Source of the DNA: a virus
DNA: 63,785 bases
Virus record (IMG/VR): IMGVR_UViG_3300044675_006867
Direction: 5' to 3' (one strand)
Part shown: positions 36,262-44,608 of the stretch, piece by piece
Numbering within the stretch: position 1 is the first letter of the stretch
Layout of the letters: each line of letters starts with the position of its first letter
Program-made: the position numbers and the translations under genes
The notes under the pieces: model-generated
What the model was told of the DNA's origin: nothing
What the model saw: the letters and a program-made list of their open reading frames with translations, nothing else
Database searches by the model: none

Positions 36262-36607
36262 TTGATACCTGCTTTCTTTGGTCTTCCCAAAATTCCCTTT
36301 CCCATTGATCAGCTATTGCGTCACCAGTAGAAACGGGCATATCTTTTTTAATATCTATCTTTGGGTCTATCTTATCATAAGTTTCATTATCAAGAGATAG
36401 CAACCATGCTTCAAGCTGATCAATTTCCGTTAGGCTGGAGTAAACCGCGTTAATCTGACTATTTGGGAAGCTTGTCGGCAAGGTCTTCTGAATGTATAAC
36501 CACTCTTTTGATCTCCTCACCTGTCGCACTCTTAGCAACACTTGATCGAAAAAATAGGGTGGTATGCTCCTTAGCCCCCTCCCATACTGAAAAGAGAAGC
36601 TCATCAT
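36230..36607 (-). CDS. Tail assembly chaperone, frameshift-extension ORF (T-like), in the +1 frame relative to 36459..36902
   Basis: Overlaps the upstream chaperone ORF by 149 nt and the tape measure start by 32 nt, the canonical G/GT position. Confidence 0.6.
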   Translation of the reverse strand: MMSFSFQYGRGLRSIPPYFFDQVLLRVRQVRRSKEWLYIQKTLPTSFPNSQINAVYSSLTEIDQLEAWLLSLDNETYDKIDPKIDIKKDMPVSTGDAIADQWEREFWEDQRKQVSNGGSKGNITG

Positions 36608-36902
36608 CCTCTACAATCCATTTACTCAACCAATCAGGAGGGCTGATTAATTGAATTGCTAGTGTTGCAATTGCCTCTAAGCGCGCTTGTGAATAGACGG
36701 GCATATTTGCCCACATACCACCACTTAACAACGCTACTTGACGATCAATTTTAAGGCGTCCGTCTCCATCAGGAACCCTTGATATAATAGCATCAATATG
36801 CTTTTGTCCCTCTGGATCAATATATTCAACCTTGATTGCTATTTCTCTTTTTACCAGTGGTTTAATTGCTTCCTCTTTGGGTACTAGATTTCTTAAATCC
36901 AT
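36459..36902 (-). CDS. Tail assembly chaperone (G-like)
   Basis: 147 aa, located between the tube and tape measure genes. It contains CTA TTT TTT CGA (36557-36546) within the overlap. Confidence 0.65.
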   Translation of the reverse strand: MDLRNLVPKEEAIKPLVKREIAIKVEYIDPEGQKHIDAIISRVPDGDGRLKIDRQVALLSGGMWANMPVYSQARLEAIATLAIQLISPPDWLSKWIVEDDELLFSVWEGAKEHTTLFFRSSVAKSATGEEIKRVVIHSEDLADKLPK

Positions 36903-36951
36903 TTTTGTTTCTCCTATGCTTGCGTTTTTCTTGTTTTACACTGTTTCATTT

Positions 36952-36979
36952 TTGACTAGAAATTAAAAAGTGATATCTT
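36952..36979 (+). promoter_or_regulatory. Promoter of the plus-strand methyltransferase island (TTGACT-N16-TATCTT)
   Basis: The plus strand reads TTGACTAGAAATTAAAAAGTGATATCTT. AAGGAG follows at 36994-36999. Confidence 0.5.
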
Positions 36980-37006
36980 GCTAAAAACCCATCAAGGAGA
37001 TTTTAA

Positions 37007-38281
37007 TTGTGGATACTACCAAACACATTACCCACCTTTCCCTTTGTACAGGCTATGGAGGGATTGACATTGGACTTGCAAGAGCTTGCCCAGATATCAG
37101 AACAATCGCTTACAGTGAGATCGAAGTTTACGCCCTTGAAAACCTGGTTAATAAAATGGAAAAGGGAATCCTCGCGCCCGCTCCTATTTGGTCGAATCTT
37201 AAAACCTTCCCATTCAAGGATTTTTATGGAAAAGTGGATATCCTCAGTGGAGGCTTTCCATGCCAACCCTTTTCCGCTGCTGGACAAAGAAACGGAGACA
37301 CAGACCCAAGGCACCTATTCCCATTCATCAAGCAAGGGATCATCGATTGTAGACCTGCCTTTGTTTTCTTGGAAAATGTCCGAGGACTCCTCAGCTCAAA
37401 GCTCCAATCCGATCACTGGGCAGACCCCCAGGGCACCCCTGTATTGCTCCATATCCTTAGAGATCTGGAAAGAATTGGTTACGAAGCACATTGGGGCTTA
37501 TTCTCAGCGAGAGAAACAGGCTTACCCCATCTTAGGCAAAGAGTGTTCATCCTTGGAAAAAGAAAGGATATTACAAATGGGCATATCAAAGCCAGTGCTT
37601 TCTATGGATACCTTCAAAACAGTGGAGACACAATCCTTGACGAGGGACAAGATTGTATGGACAAAAACAAAGCCAATAAGAATCCGAGCACATCTGGAAT
37701 TGACAACCAAGGAGTCATATTACAGCGATTTGCTGAAGGAGCTAGAGGCTTTGAAGATATCAAATCCGACCGCATTTGCAGACCTAGCGGGCGAGATAGA
37801 CGCCAACAATTCTATGAACCAAGAAGAACCCTGCGAAGAGGAGTTAACAGAGCCCAAGAATTGGGCAACGCCAATCACAACGGAGCCAATCACATTGAAA
37901 GATCAAGACCCCTCGTGGAATACCATGAAACTATCGAATCAAGTTTATTGGGATCACAAAAATATGATCAAGGAGTTAACAGAGCCCAAGGAGTGGAGAA
38001 CCCCACAGCAAAGGGATTTTTACGACATATCGAGGAGCAAGGAGTATATAGCCAAGGATCAGATGAGAGAGAACCATCAGGACAATATCGCATTTCAAGT
38101 GCTGAGTTCGCCTATCGAACAGGAGAGCGGAGAGATGAAGATATTAGAGGAAATGAAGAAATACTTGAATCCTCGATGGGTGGAAATGCTGATGGGCTTG
38201 CCAATTGGCTGGACTATGAAAGATTGTGTGAATCCTATACTTCCCTTATTGACGAAATCCGATTGCTCGGAAATGGAGTAG
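37007..38281 (+). other. Fully open overlapping frame B (+1 relative to frame A). It carries the TRD-like W-x-T-P modules and the motif IX-like NPRWVEMLMGLPIGWT.
   Basis: 424 codons without a stop. The TTG start is 7 nt after the same AAGGAG. NWATP starts at 37859 and GWT ends at 38215. Confidence 0.6.
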
Positions 38282-38352
38282 TACCAGCTACCGCCGAGCG
38301 TGCTTTTATTACACTACTTAAGGAATGCTTAAATGAAGCTGATAGAACCTAA
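37009..38352 (+). CDS. DNA (cytosine-5) methyltransferase, frame A. It carries motifs I, IV, VI, VIII and X, but its middle third looks off-frame.
   Basis: Motifs LCTGYGG, GGFPCQPFS, FLENVRGL, RQRVFILG and RLLGNGVVP. The GTG start is 9 nt after AAGGAG. Confidence 0.75.
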   Translation: MDTTKHITHLSLCTGYGGIDIGLARACPDIRTIAYSEIEVYALENLVNKMEKGILAPAPIWSNLKTFPFKDFYGKVDILSGGFPCQPFSAAGQRNGDTDPRHLFPFIKQGIIDCRPAFVFLENVRGLLSSKLQSDHWADPQGTPVLLHILRDLERIGYEAHWGLFSARETGLPHLRQRVFILGKRKDITNGHIKASAFYGYLQNSGDTILDEGQDCMDKNKANKNPSTSGIDNQGVILQRFAEGARGFEDIKSDRICRPSGRDRRQQFYEPRRTLRRGVNRAQELGNANHNGANHIERSRPLVEYHETIESSLLGSQKYDQGVNRAQGVENPTAKGFLRHIEEQGVYSQGSDEREPSGQYRISSAEFAYRTGERRDEDIRGNEEILESSMGGNADGLANWLDYERLCESYTSLIDEIRLLGNGVVPATAERAFITLLKECLNEADRT

Positions 38353-38578
38353 AAGCATATTTAATAAGGCAATTATTGGCATATCTATTGATTCCAATAG
38401 GGCTGTATATGACTTTGATTTATTGATCTCTGCTCTTATGTCATCCGATAAATGCACTGAGGATGAAGCCATAGAACACATTTATCATAATATAATTGGT
38501 TCCATTGTTGAGGTAGATGATGCACCTATAAACAAGCACCTTGATGACTACGATTTAGAGGAAGATGATAATGCTTAA
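38333..38578 (+). CDS. Small acidic hypothetical protein
   Basis: 81 aa. It overlaps the methyltransferase 3' end by 20 nt. Confidence 0.6.
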   Translation: MKLIEPKSIFNKAIIGISIDSNRAVYDFDLLISALMSSDKCTEDEAIEHIYHNIIGSIVEVDDAPINKHLDDYDLEEDDNA

Positions 38579-38816
38579 ATCAAATAAACTAAAAGCCCTT
38601 AAGATACTTTGTATTGCACTTGATATTGATCTATCGATAATCGGTAATTCAATTAAAATGATTCATAAAGACGCGTGCTACCATGTGCATGTTGGCGATA
38701 ATGCCTACACAACCTTATTTATTCACGGTGATCTCTTTAGCCGTGCAATATTCACCTTTGAGGAATATGATATTTTAGACTTCCCAAGTCTTCTAATTGC
38801 CCGCTTAGACGGTTAA
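38565..38816 (+). CDS. Hypothetical protein
   Basis: 83 aa, last gene of the plus-strand island. It converges on the tube gene with a 12-nt overlap. Confidence 0.55.
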   Translation: MIMLKSNKLKALKILCIALDIDLSIIGNSIKMIHKDACYHVHVGDNAYTTLFIHGDLFSRAIFTFEEYDILDFPSLLIARLDG

Positions 38817-39245
38817 ATCAGCCTCTTCCTTGAAGCGCTTTGCTTGGAAGGTTGCATTAACAGAAACCAAGCTACCAGCCTGTACTTGAAAGCTTCTATT
38901 TTCACATCGTACCCCTTCAATTTGAAAAATGATATTGTTAGATACGGCGTCAAATACCTGCATAGTTAACTCAGGAAAATCTAAAACCTGAGCTGTGGCA
39001 CCCTGTGGCCAGATACCTTGACTTCTTAAGGATTCACCACTAATACGTACAAAATCGCATCGAACATCCACCGCTCTATTTACGGGTACAATTTCCTCGG
39101 AATCTAAATTGCCGAGAACATTTACTCTTTGGAGCTGTTGATTCTCATTAGCGGTAATACCAGTAGCAAAGCCAACGGGTACTAATTGACCATCTTTATT
39201 TTTAAATGAAATTTTAGCGCGTGCGCCTGTTAATACGGTTGCCAT
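38805..39245 (-). CDS. Tail tube protein
   Basis: 146 aa, immediately downstream of the sheath gene. Confidence 0.65.
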   Translation of the reverse strand: MATVLTGARAKISFKNKDGQLVPVGFATGITANENQQLQRVNVLGNLDSEEIVPVNRAVDVRCDFVRISGESLRSQGIWPQGATAQVLDFPELTMQVFDAVSNNIIFQIEGVRCENRSFQVQAGSLVSVNATFQAKRFKEEADLTV

Positions 39246-39255
39246 TTAAATGCTC

Positions 39256-41205
39256 CTAAAATCTTTGTACACTTGCATTCAATTGAATGAAGTTTAAGGG
39301 TTCGACGGCGGCTACTGTGTAATTTACTCTAATAGTATCGCCAAGGTCTTCTAAAACCACGTTTTTAAATGCTTTAATGATAGCGTTGTTAACCTGATTT
39401 TGAAGCTGATCAATAACAATGCCCTTAATTGCATTGCTTGTTGTTACGCTATTCCCTTGACCAATGAAACGATTTACCGCTCCTCTTAGGTCTCTTACAC
39501 TAGCATTAATGCTTTCATTTGCTGATACCTCGGAATAAATAGGATTGTCATCCTTAATCCAAGTAGTAACAGATCGCTCAACCTGCCAACCTAGCGCATT
39601 GCTGGTTAAACAGGTAATTCCCGCTTTGATAGCATCAGTAGCATCTCTATTGGCAATCCAAGCCCCAAGGACATCAAGAACATCAGGGCGCTTTCTTGTC
39701 AATGGGGTAGCAATAGGAGTGCCTGCTTGCATTGCTGCTAGGATTAATGCAAGATACATAGGGGCTAGTGTTTGGATTTTCCCCTCTGGGTTAGTCACCT
39801 TTACGCTTTGACCAACCAAGGCAACATTTCTATTATTGAGAACACGAACATAATCAGCCTTCAAGGTGCTGATGCTCTGATTTGCACTTGCTCCAACCCA
39901 TGCGTTTCTCTCATAGCCTCTTACCGCTGAGCTTGTGCAATGCTTAACAATTTCCTTGTGAATATCAACATCATCCGACATAGGAACAACAATTTGAATA
40001 TCGCTTGTTTCAATGATCTCAAGTGCTGAAGTCCAATGTGCGAGTGTTACGCTAGATTGAGAGCCCCCTAGCATATATTCCCCTGCTCTTGTGATGATCT
40101 CATCAGCGGGGCTTGTCCCTGTTCTCTCAATAGTAATCAAGGCACTATTAGCAACGGAATCAATCAGCTCTTGAAGATTGGCGGTCAAGATTGCCTCAGT
40201 GCCCTTAATAGACACTGGAGAATTAATTAACCCATCTAAAGCAAGCGCACTATATGACTTAGAAGCCAAATAGCTGGAAGTAAAATGCGCACTAGATGCT
40301 TGTTGAATGTGATCAGCGATATCATTTACGGTTTCAAAGTCATTGAGATCAAGATCGAAGGCGGTACCGCTGATTGTGAGTACTAAGCCCGCTTGTGCTG
40401 AATTTGCAATAGAAAGCCCATAAATATTACTAAATGAATTTGTGCTGAGTGCTTGGCTATTTGTGCTGAGTGTTACAGTGTCATTTGTTACAACGCCTGC
40501 TACATTATAGCCGTTAATTGTGATTACTACATTTGCGTTTGGAGCATCATCTAGCTTTAGACCCAGTCTACCATTAATAAGCATATCAGAAACGGTAACA
40601 ACGCCGTAATTTGCGCTATCTAAAGCAACGGTTTTAGTCCAATTAATCAAAAGATTGCTTGTATCACTTAGATCGAGGGCAACAGTGCTTAAATTAGAGC
40701 CTGTGTATTCGATTGAACAAACATCCCCGCTGGTTACATTCTCATAAGCCTCAGTAACGCCGTTTCTTGTACAAGTAAGATCAATTGATCCACCGCTTAA
40801 GGCATACTTAACAAAGGTACTATTGCCCTTTGAGCCCCAAACCTTGGATTTGATTGTAGCAATAGTATCAGCATCATTATTTGTTACAATCATGCTTGCT
40901 TGTGTACATGGTTGAACATTTAGCATTGTAACGCTTTGAGCACCAGCGGGGACTAGATCATCAATGCTAGGAGCAAATGACAGCTTGCCCAATAAGGCTA
41001 AATTCTTATCGGTAGCATCATAATCTCTCAAAGCACCAGCACTTGTAAAGGTCAAAGGCTCATTTTGTTCAAATGTAGGAAATGCTCCAACAATAGCAAC
41101 ATTCCCACTTGAAACGCCTTGACCACCTAAAGCGGTTGCATCAATATTTGCATAGACTCCAGGTCTATAAATCTTTAAACCATTCAAATTTAATGAACTA
41201 GGCAT
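39256..41205 (-). CDS. Contractile tail sheath protein
   Basis: 649 aa. The N-terminus (LKIYRPGVYANID) is typical of sheath proteins, and the tube gene follows. Confidence 0.75.
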   Translation of the reverse strand: MPSSLNLNGLKIYRPGVYANIDATALGGQGVSSGNVAIVGAFPTFEQNEPLTFTSAGALRDYDATDKNLALLGKLSFAPSIDDLVPAGAQSVTMLNVQPCTQASMIVTNNDADTIATIKSKVWGSKGNSTFVKYALSGGSIDLTCTRNGVTEAYENVTSGDVCSIEYTGSNLSTVALDLSDTSNLLINWTKTVALDSANYGVVTVSDMLINGRLGLKLDDAPNANVVITINGYNVAGVVTNDTVTLSTNSQALSTNSFSNIYGLSIANSAQAGLVLTISGTAFDLDLNDFETVNDIADHIQQASSAHFTSSYLASKSYSALALDGLINSPVSIKGTEAILTANLQELIDSVANSALITIERTGTSPADEIITRAGEYMLGGSQSSVTLAHWTSALEIIETSDIQIVVPMSDDVDIHKEIVKHCTSSAVRGYERNAWVGASANQSISTLKADYVRVLNNRNVALVGQSVKVTNPEGKIQTLAPMYLALILAAMQAGTPIATPLTRKRPDVLDVLGAWIANRDATDAIKAGITCLTSNALGWQVERSVTTWIKDDNPIYSEVSANESINASVRDLRGAVNRFIGQGNSVTTSNAIKGIVIDQLQNQVNNAIIKAFKNVVLEDLGDTIRVNYTVAAVEPLNFIQLNASVQRF

Positions 41206-41253
41206 GTGTATTCTCCTTTTTGCTTAGTATATGTAAAAGTAAACCATTTTTCT

Positions 41254-41898
41254 TTAGGTTTGAGGAGTAACCCCGCCTTTATTACCGTTTTTTTCTTGAT
41301 CACTTGCTAAAACAAGAACCTCTGCTGCATTGGTAATAATAGGTAAGTCTCCAAATTCCGCCTCCTTTGTAAGCTGGATAGAAACGGTATATGAGCAAGA
41401 AAAGTTAAGCTTCTTCACATAAACCCCCATTTCTTCGCTTGCTAGCTCCTCCTCTGGTGATAATGCTTGGCTTCCCTCATAGGTTACCGCGTAATATCCC
41501 GCCTTTTGTAAGGCTAATGCGCCTTGCTCAAAGGATGCCCTAAGAATGCTATGATAAACACGTGCAAGCTCTGGGCTTTTAGTAAACAAAACAACCTGCG
41601 CATCTTCATTCACATTATAACCAACCTCCAAAAGCCCATTTGAAGCCCTTGTAAGCATTTTACCCGTAAATTTGTCCGTTACATTCTCAATACCACCAAG
41701 AACCATAATCGTATTAGTGTCCCTTGTGCCCTGCGCATATCTTGAATAAAATGTGGGCAAATTTGCATTAAGCAATGAGAACCATGCTTCAAGGGTACTA
41801 TCAGCAAAGCCAAAAAACAAGGTCTTAAATGCTGGTTTGTTATTTGAGTAGTACTTGAACCCATTAGCCAAAGCACTTAGTAAATGTAATTCAAACAT
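41254..41898 (-). CDS. Neck/tail-completion region protein, function unknown
   Basis: Called on position between the head and sheath genes. Confidence 0.6.
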   Translation of the reverse strand: MFELHLLSALANGFKYYSNNKPAFKTLFFGFADSTLEAWFSLLNANLPTFYSRYAQGTRDTNTIMVLGGIENVTDKFTGKMLTRASNGLLEVGYNVNEDAQVVLFTKSPELARVYHSILRASFEQGALALQKAGYYAVTYEGSQALSPEEELASEEMGVYVKKLNFSCSYTVSIQLTKEAEFGDLPIITNAAEVLVLASDQEKNGNKGGVTPQT

Positions 41899-42691
41899 TG
41901 TAAATCATCCTTATCATATCTGGTAGCTTGTTATATACACGCTCAGCTAAATTAAGCGGTGCAATCCCTGGATGTTGCCATTTGGGCGGTCTTTGATTCA
42001 TTGTCATCCGTCTCCATGTCATATATCCGCTTGTTTGTACAACAGGCTTCCCACCCTTCCCCTTGGAATATGTAGACGCTAAACGAACCATGCCCGCATA
42101 GATATCCGTGGTATGGTGATATTTCATCTTAGGTACCAAGCCACGCGGTAGCCTACCGCCCTTACTACTTCTATTGCTTCCATCAGGTGATACCTGTGGG
42201 GCATTGGCGGTAAAGGTAGGGGCAAGCTTCCTAGCAAGCTTCAAAACACTCTCTTTATGCCCTCTTGCCTCAATTTGCTTTGCACTATGCTTAAAGGGAA
42301 CATTTAGATATAAATTGCCGTTTTTATCTCTTCTTATGTTCCTTGTTTCAGGCTTAAGCATAAACGCACGCATATCATACGGGCCTGTTGTACCAATACC
42401 ACCAGGCCCCATTCCTAATTCATACATTAGCGCTAGTGTTGCACTTTGCCCAGGCTTAGGAAGGCTTACTTGTATTCTTGTTGCGCTTGCCTCTTGTATG
42501 CTCAATGAACGTAGATATGTATTAAGTATGGAGCCCTTAAGGTTGCCTCGTGCCTCTGCAGACCACTCAGCTAAAATCATTTGTGCAAGCCGTGATGCTC
42601 TTATTTTCTTTTCTCTATCAGATAAGCCCAGGGCGTCAAGAATTGCCCTATAATCATACTTAACTTCACTTTGTACTTGCATTTTAACCAC
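41891..42691 (-). CDS. Head-tail joining region protein, function unknown
   Basis: 266 aa with overlapping start/stop codons on both sides. Confidence 0.6.
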   Translation of the reverse strand: MVKMQVQSEVKYDYRAILDALGLSDREKKIRASRLAQMILAEWSAEARGNLKGSILNTYLRSLSIQEASATRIQVSLPKPGQSATLALMYELGMGPGGIGTTGPYDMRAFMLKPETRNIRRDKNGNLYLNVPFKHSAKQIEARGHKESVLKLARKLAPTFTANAPQVSPDGSNRSSKGGRLPRGLVPKMKYHHTTDIYAGMVRLASTYSKGKGGKPVVQTSGYMTWRRMTMNQRPPKWQHPGIAPLNLAERVYNKLPDMIRMIYNV

Positions 42692-43511
42692 TCACGCCTA
42701 AGCCCATAAATTCAAGTGTTGCCTTGCATTGAACAGGCATCAATCGAATTTGTTCCTGTGTGGACTTGCGAACATATCTTGAATCTCTGTGAGTATGTGG
42801 ATGATCAGCAACATAGTATCTAGGATGCCCAAAATAGCTAATAGAATACCTAGCACCAACCACAGGGGCTGTTCCTAGGGCGTCGCCCTTGGCAAAGCTG
42901 ATTGTCCCATCCTCTAAAACATCAAAGTCCACGCCTTCAATAAGCGATTTGGTAGGATCAGCAAGCCCCGCCAAGGTTGCCACCTGTAGGCTTAATACTC
43001 TCAATGTACTTGCTCCACCCTGTGTATCTAAAACCCTTGGTACAATAGGATTTCTAAGCGTTTGTATAGAACCAGCCTTGCGCACCTTGGTTTCTCTAAA
43101 GATCATTGAGCTGTCTACCATTGTAAAGCGATCACCAAAGGAGGGTAAATTCTCAGGTAATAACGTTAAATTTACCATGCCCTTTGCATATTCACCGTAT
43201 TCGTTAAAGCGATTTGGATCTGCTGCAGCACTGGTTATGATTGCCCTTGTGTTTTGTTTGCTATGCCAATAATAGCCAATGCCCTTGCACACTTGACAAT
43301 CTGATCGAACCTCTCCTCTTTGCTCTAAAGCACCTATATTATCTTGTAAATCAAGGGTTAATTCAGTACCTGTATACGCGCAAGGGCACTCATTACACAT
43401 TTCCCAGCTAACCACCATTGAGCGTGTATAAAATTGCTTTCTAAACTCTTCATTTAGCCAATCTACACGAGGGCGAAGCTTACTTGGTACTCTTGGATTT
43501 ATTGTAGGCAT
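42684..43511 (-). CDS. Virion-region protein with a four-Cys zinc-ribbon-like motif
   Basis: CNECPC ... CQVCKGIG (CxxC ... CxxCxGxG). Confidence 0.6.
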   Translation of the reverse strand: MPTINPRVPSKLRPRVDWLNEEFRKQFYTRSMVVSWEMCNECPCAYTGTELTLDLQDNIGALEQRGEVRSDCQVCKGIGYYWHSKQNTRAIITSAAADPNRFNEYGEYAKGMVNLTLLPENLPSFGDRFTMVDSSMIFRETKVRKAGSIQTLRNPIVPRVLDTQGGASTLRVLSLQVATLAGLADPTKSLIEGVDFDVLEDGTISFAKGDALGTAPVVGARYSISYFGHPRYYVADHPHTHRDSRYVRKSTQEQIRLMPVQCKATLEFMGLGVSG

Positions 43512-43513
43512 TT

Positions 43514-44488
43514 TTATATTGCTCCAAAGCTTGTAATACGATATTCCGCTTTTACTGCTGCTCTCAACGTTTCATATTGCTTCTCATAGTAATCTATTCT
43601 TGATGAATATCCCGAATACATCGCGGACGAGGTGGTTTGTATTGATTGACTCAGCCCATCTATACCAATTGAACTTGAAGCAATACCAGCACCTAGAATC
43701 AAATCCCCAGCCACCTGTAAAATAAAATTACATGCTGACTTTAAGCCGATCATGTGCTTAATGTTACTAGGTAATGTATCAAGGAAATAGGAAATCGTTG
43801 TTGGTTCATTCCTAGCCGTACCTAGGCTAATCCTAAAGCTACTTTGACCATACGAAAACGCCTTGGCGGTTACCCCAGTAGGCGCGGTCAAGGTAATGCT
43901 ATACTTCATCAATACTAATGGATCAAGTGTAACCTCATAATCAGTAATACCCGCGGGGATCACTACTTCCCCCTTACGTGACTCGAAGCCCGCGGTATAG
44001 CTAAATTCAAAGTAACCAGGGATATATGTTTTAGCCTCATAGTAAATATTGAAATTTCCTAAAATAGGCATACCACTTTGAAAGAAATAGCTAGAAATGC
44101 TTTCTTGACTTGGTATTAAATGCAATTGCCCGTGCATAGGTGAAACGATTCTACCCCATGAATTGGGCACCGTGACAGGCTGGAAGCTTCCTAGTCTAAT
44201 TCTAATCTGATCTAAGCTAATAAGTGGTCTATAGTCCAATCTAAACGGCCAATAAGAAAATCTATTTTGAAGCTCAGCATCATGCTTCTCTTGAACCACA
44301 CTAAAGGGAACAATGTTTATTCCTAAATCTTGCTCAATATGCTTTACGCTCGTTTCTACAGCAAGCCTATATGCCATATCAGGAAACGGCGAACCATCAT
44401 CCAAGGTTAGATCAACCCCCATTAAAAAGGTATTGGCTAACCATTGCTTGGTTATTACATCGTAAATCGAATAGTCGTTTGTTGTCAT
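43514..44488 (-). CDS. Head-tail connector region protein, function unknown
   Basis: ATG at 44488 with AAGGAG upstream. The track start at 44500 is GTG. Confidence 0.6.
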   Translation of the reverse strand: MTTNDYSIYDVITKQWLANTFLMGVDLTLDDGSPFPDMAYRLAVETSVKHIEQDLGINIVPFSVVQEKHDAELQNRFSYWPFRLDYRPLISLDQIRIRLGSFQPVTVPNSWGRIVSPMHGQLHLIPSQESISSYFFQSGMPILGNFNIYYEAKTYIPGYFEFSYTAGFESRKGEVVIPAGITDYEVTLDPLVLMKYSITLTAPTGVTAKAFSYGQSSFRISLGTARNEPTTISYFLDTLPSNIKHMIGLKSACNFILQVAGDLILGAGIASSSIGIDGLSQSIQTTSSAMYSGYSSRIDYYEKQYETLRAAVKAEYRITSFGAI

Positions 44489-44539
44489 TTTATTAAGCAC
44501 TCCTTATCAAGTAGTGCCAACAAAAAAGACACTACATAG

Positions 44540-44571
44540 TTAGACGCAATCTAGCACCTAGAACCGTCTAA
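44540..44571 (-). terminator. Stem-loop downstream of the capsid gene (possible attenuator or terminator)
   Basis: TTAGACG/CGTCTAA forms a 7-bp stem with an 18-nt loop. A second hairpin (GTAGTG/CACTAC, 44511-44535) contains a U6 run. Confidence 0.35.
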
Positions 44572-44608
44572 TTGTAGCATATTTTAGGTTAGATCAATCT
44601 AAAATCGC

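Noticed and set aside
36230-36607. Treating 36230..36607 as an ordinary independent gene.
   Set aside because: It overlaps the upstream chaperone ORF by 149 nt and the tape measure gene by 32 nt, in the classic frameshift-extension position. The GAGG before its ATGATG is only about 3 nt away. Independent initiation cannot be fully excluded.
37003-37314. 103-codon minus-strand ORF overlapping the start of the methyltransferase.
   Set aside because: It is antisense to unmistakable C5-methyltransferase motifs, I saw no SD, and the composition looks like a shadow ORF. It is noted only because this region is unusually poor in stops in several frames.
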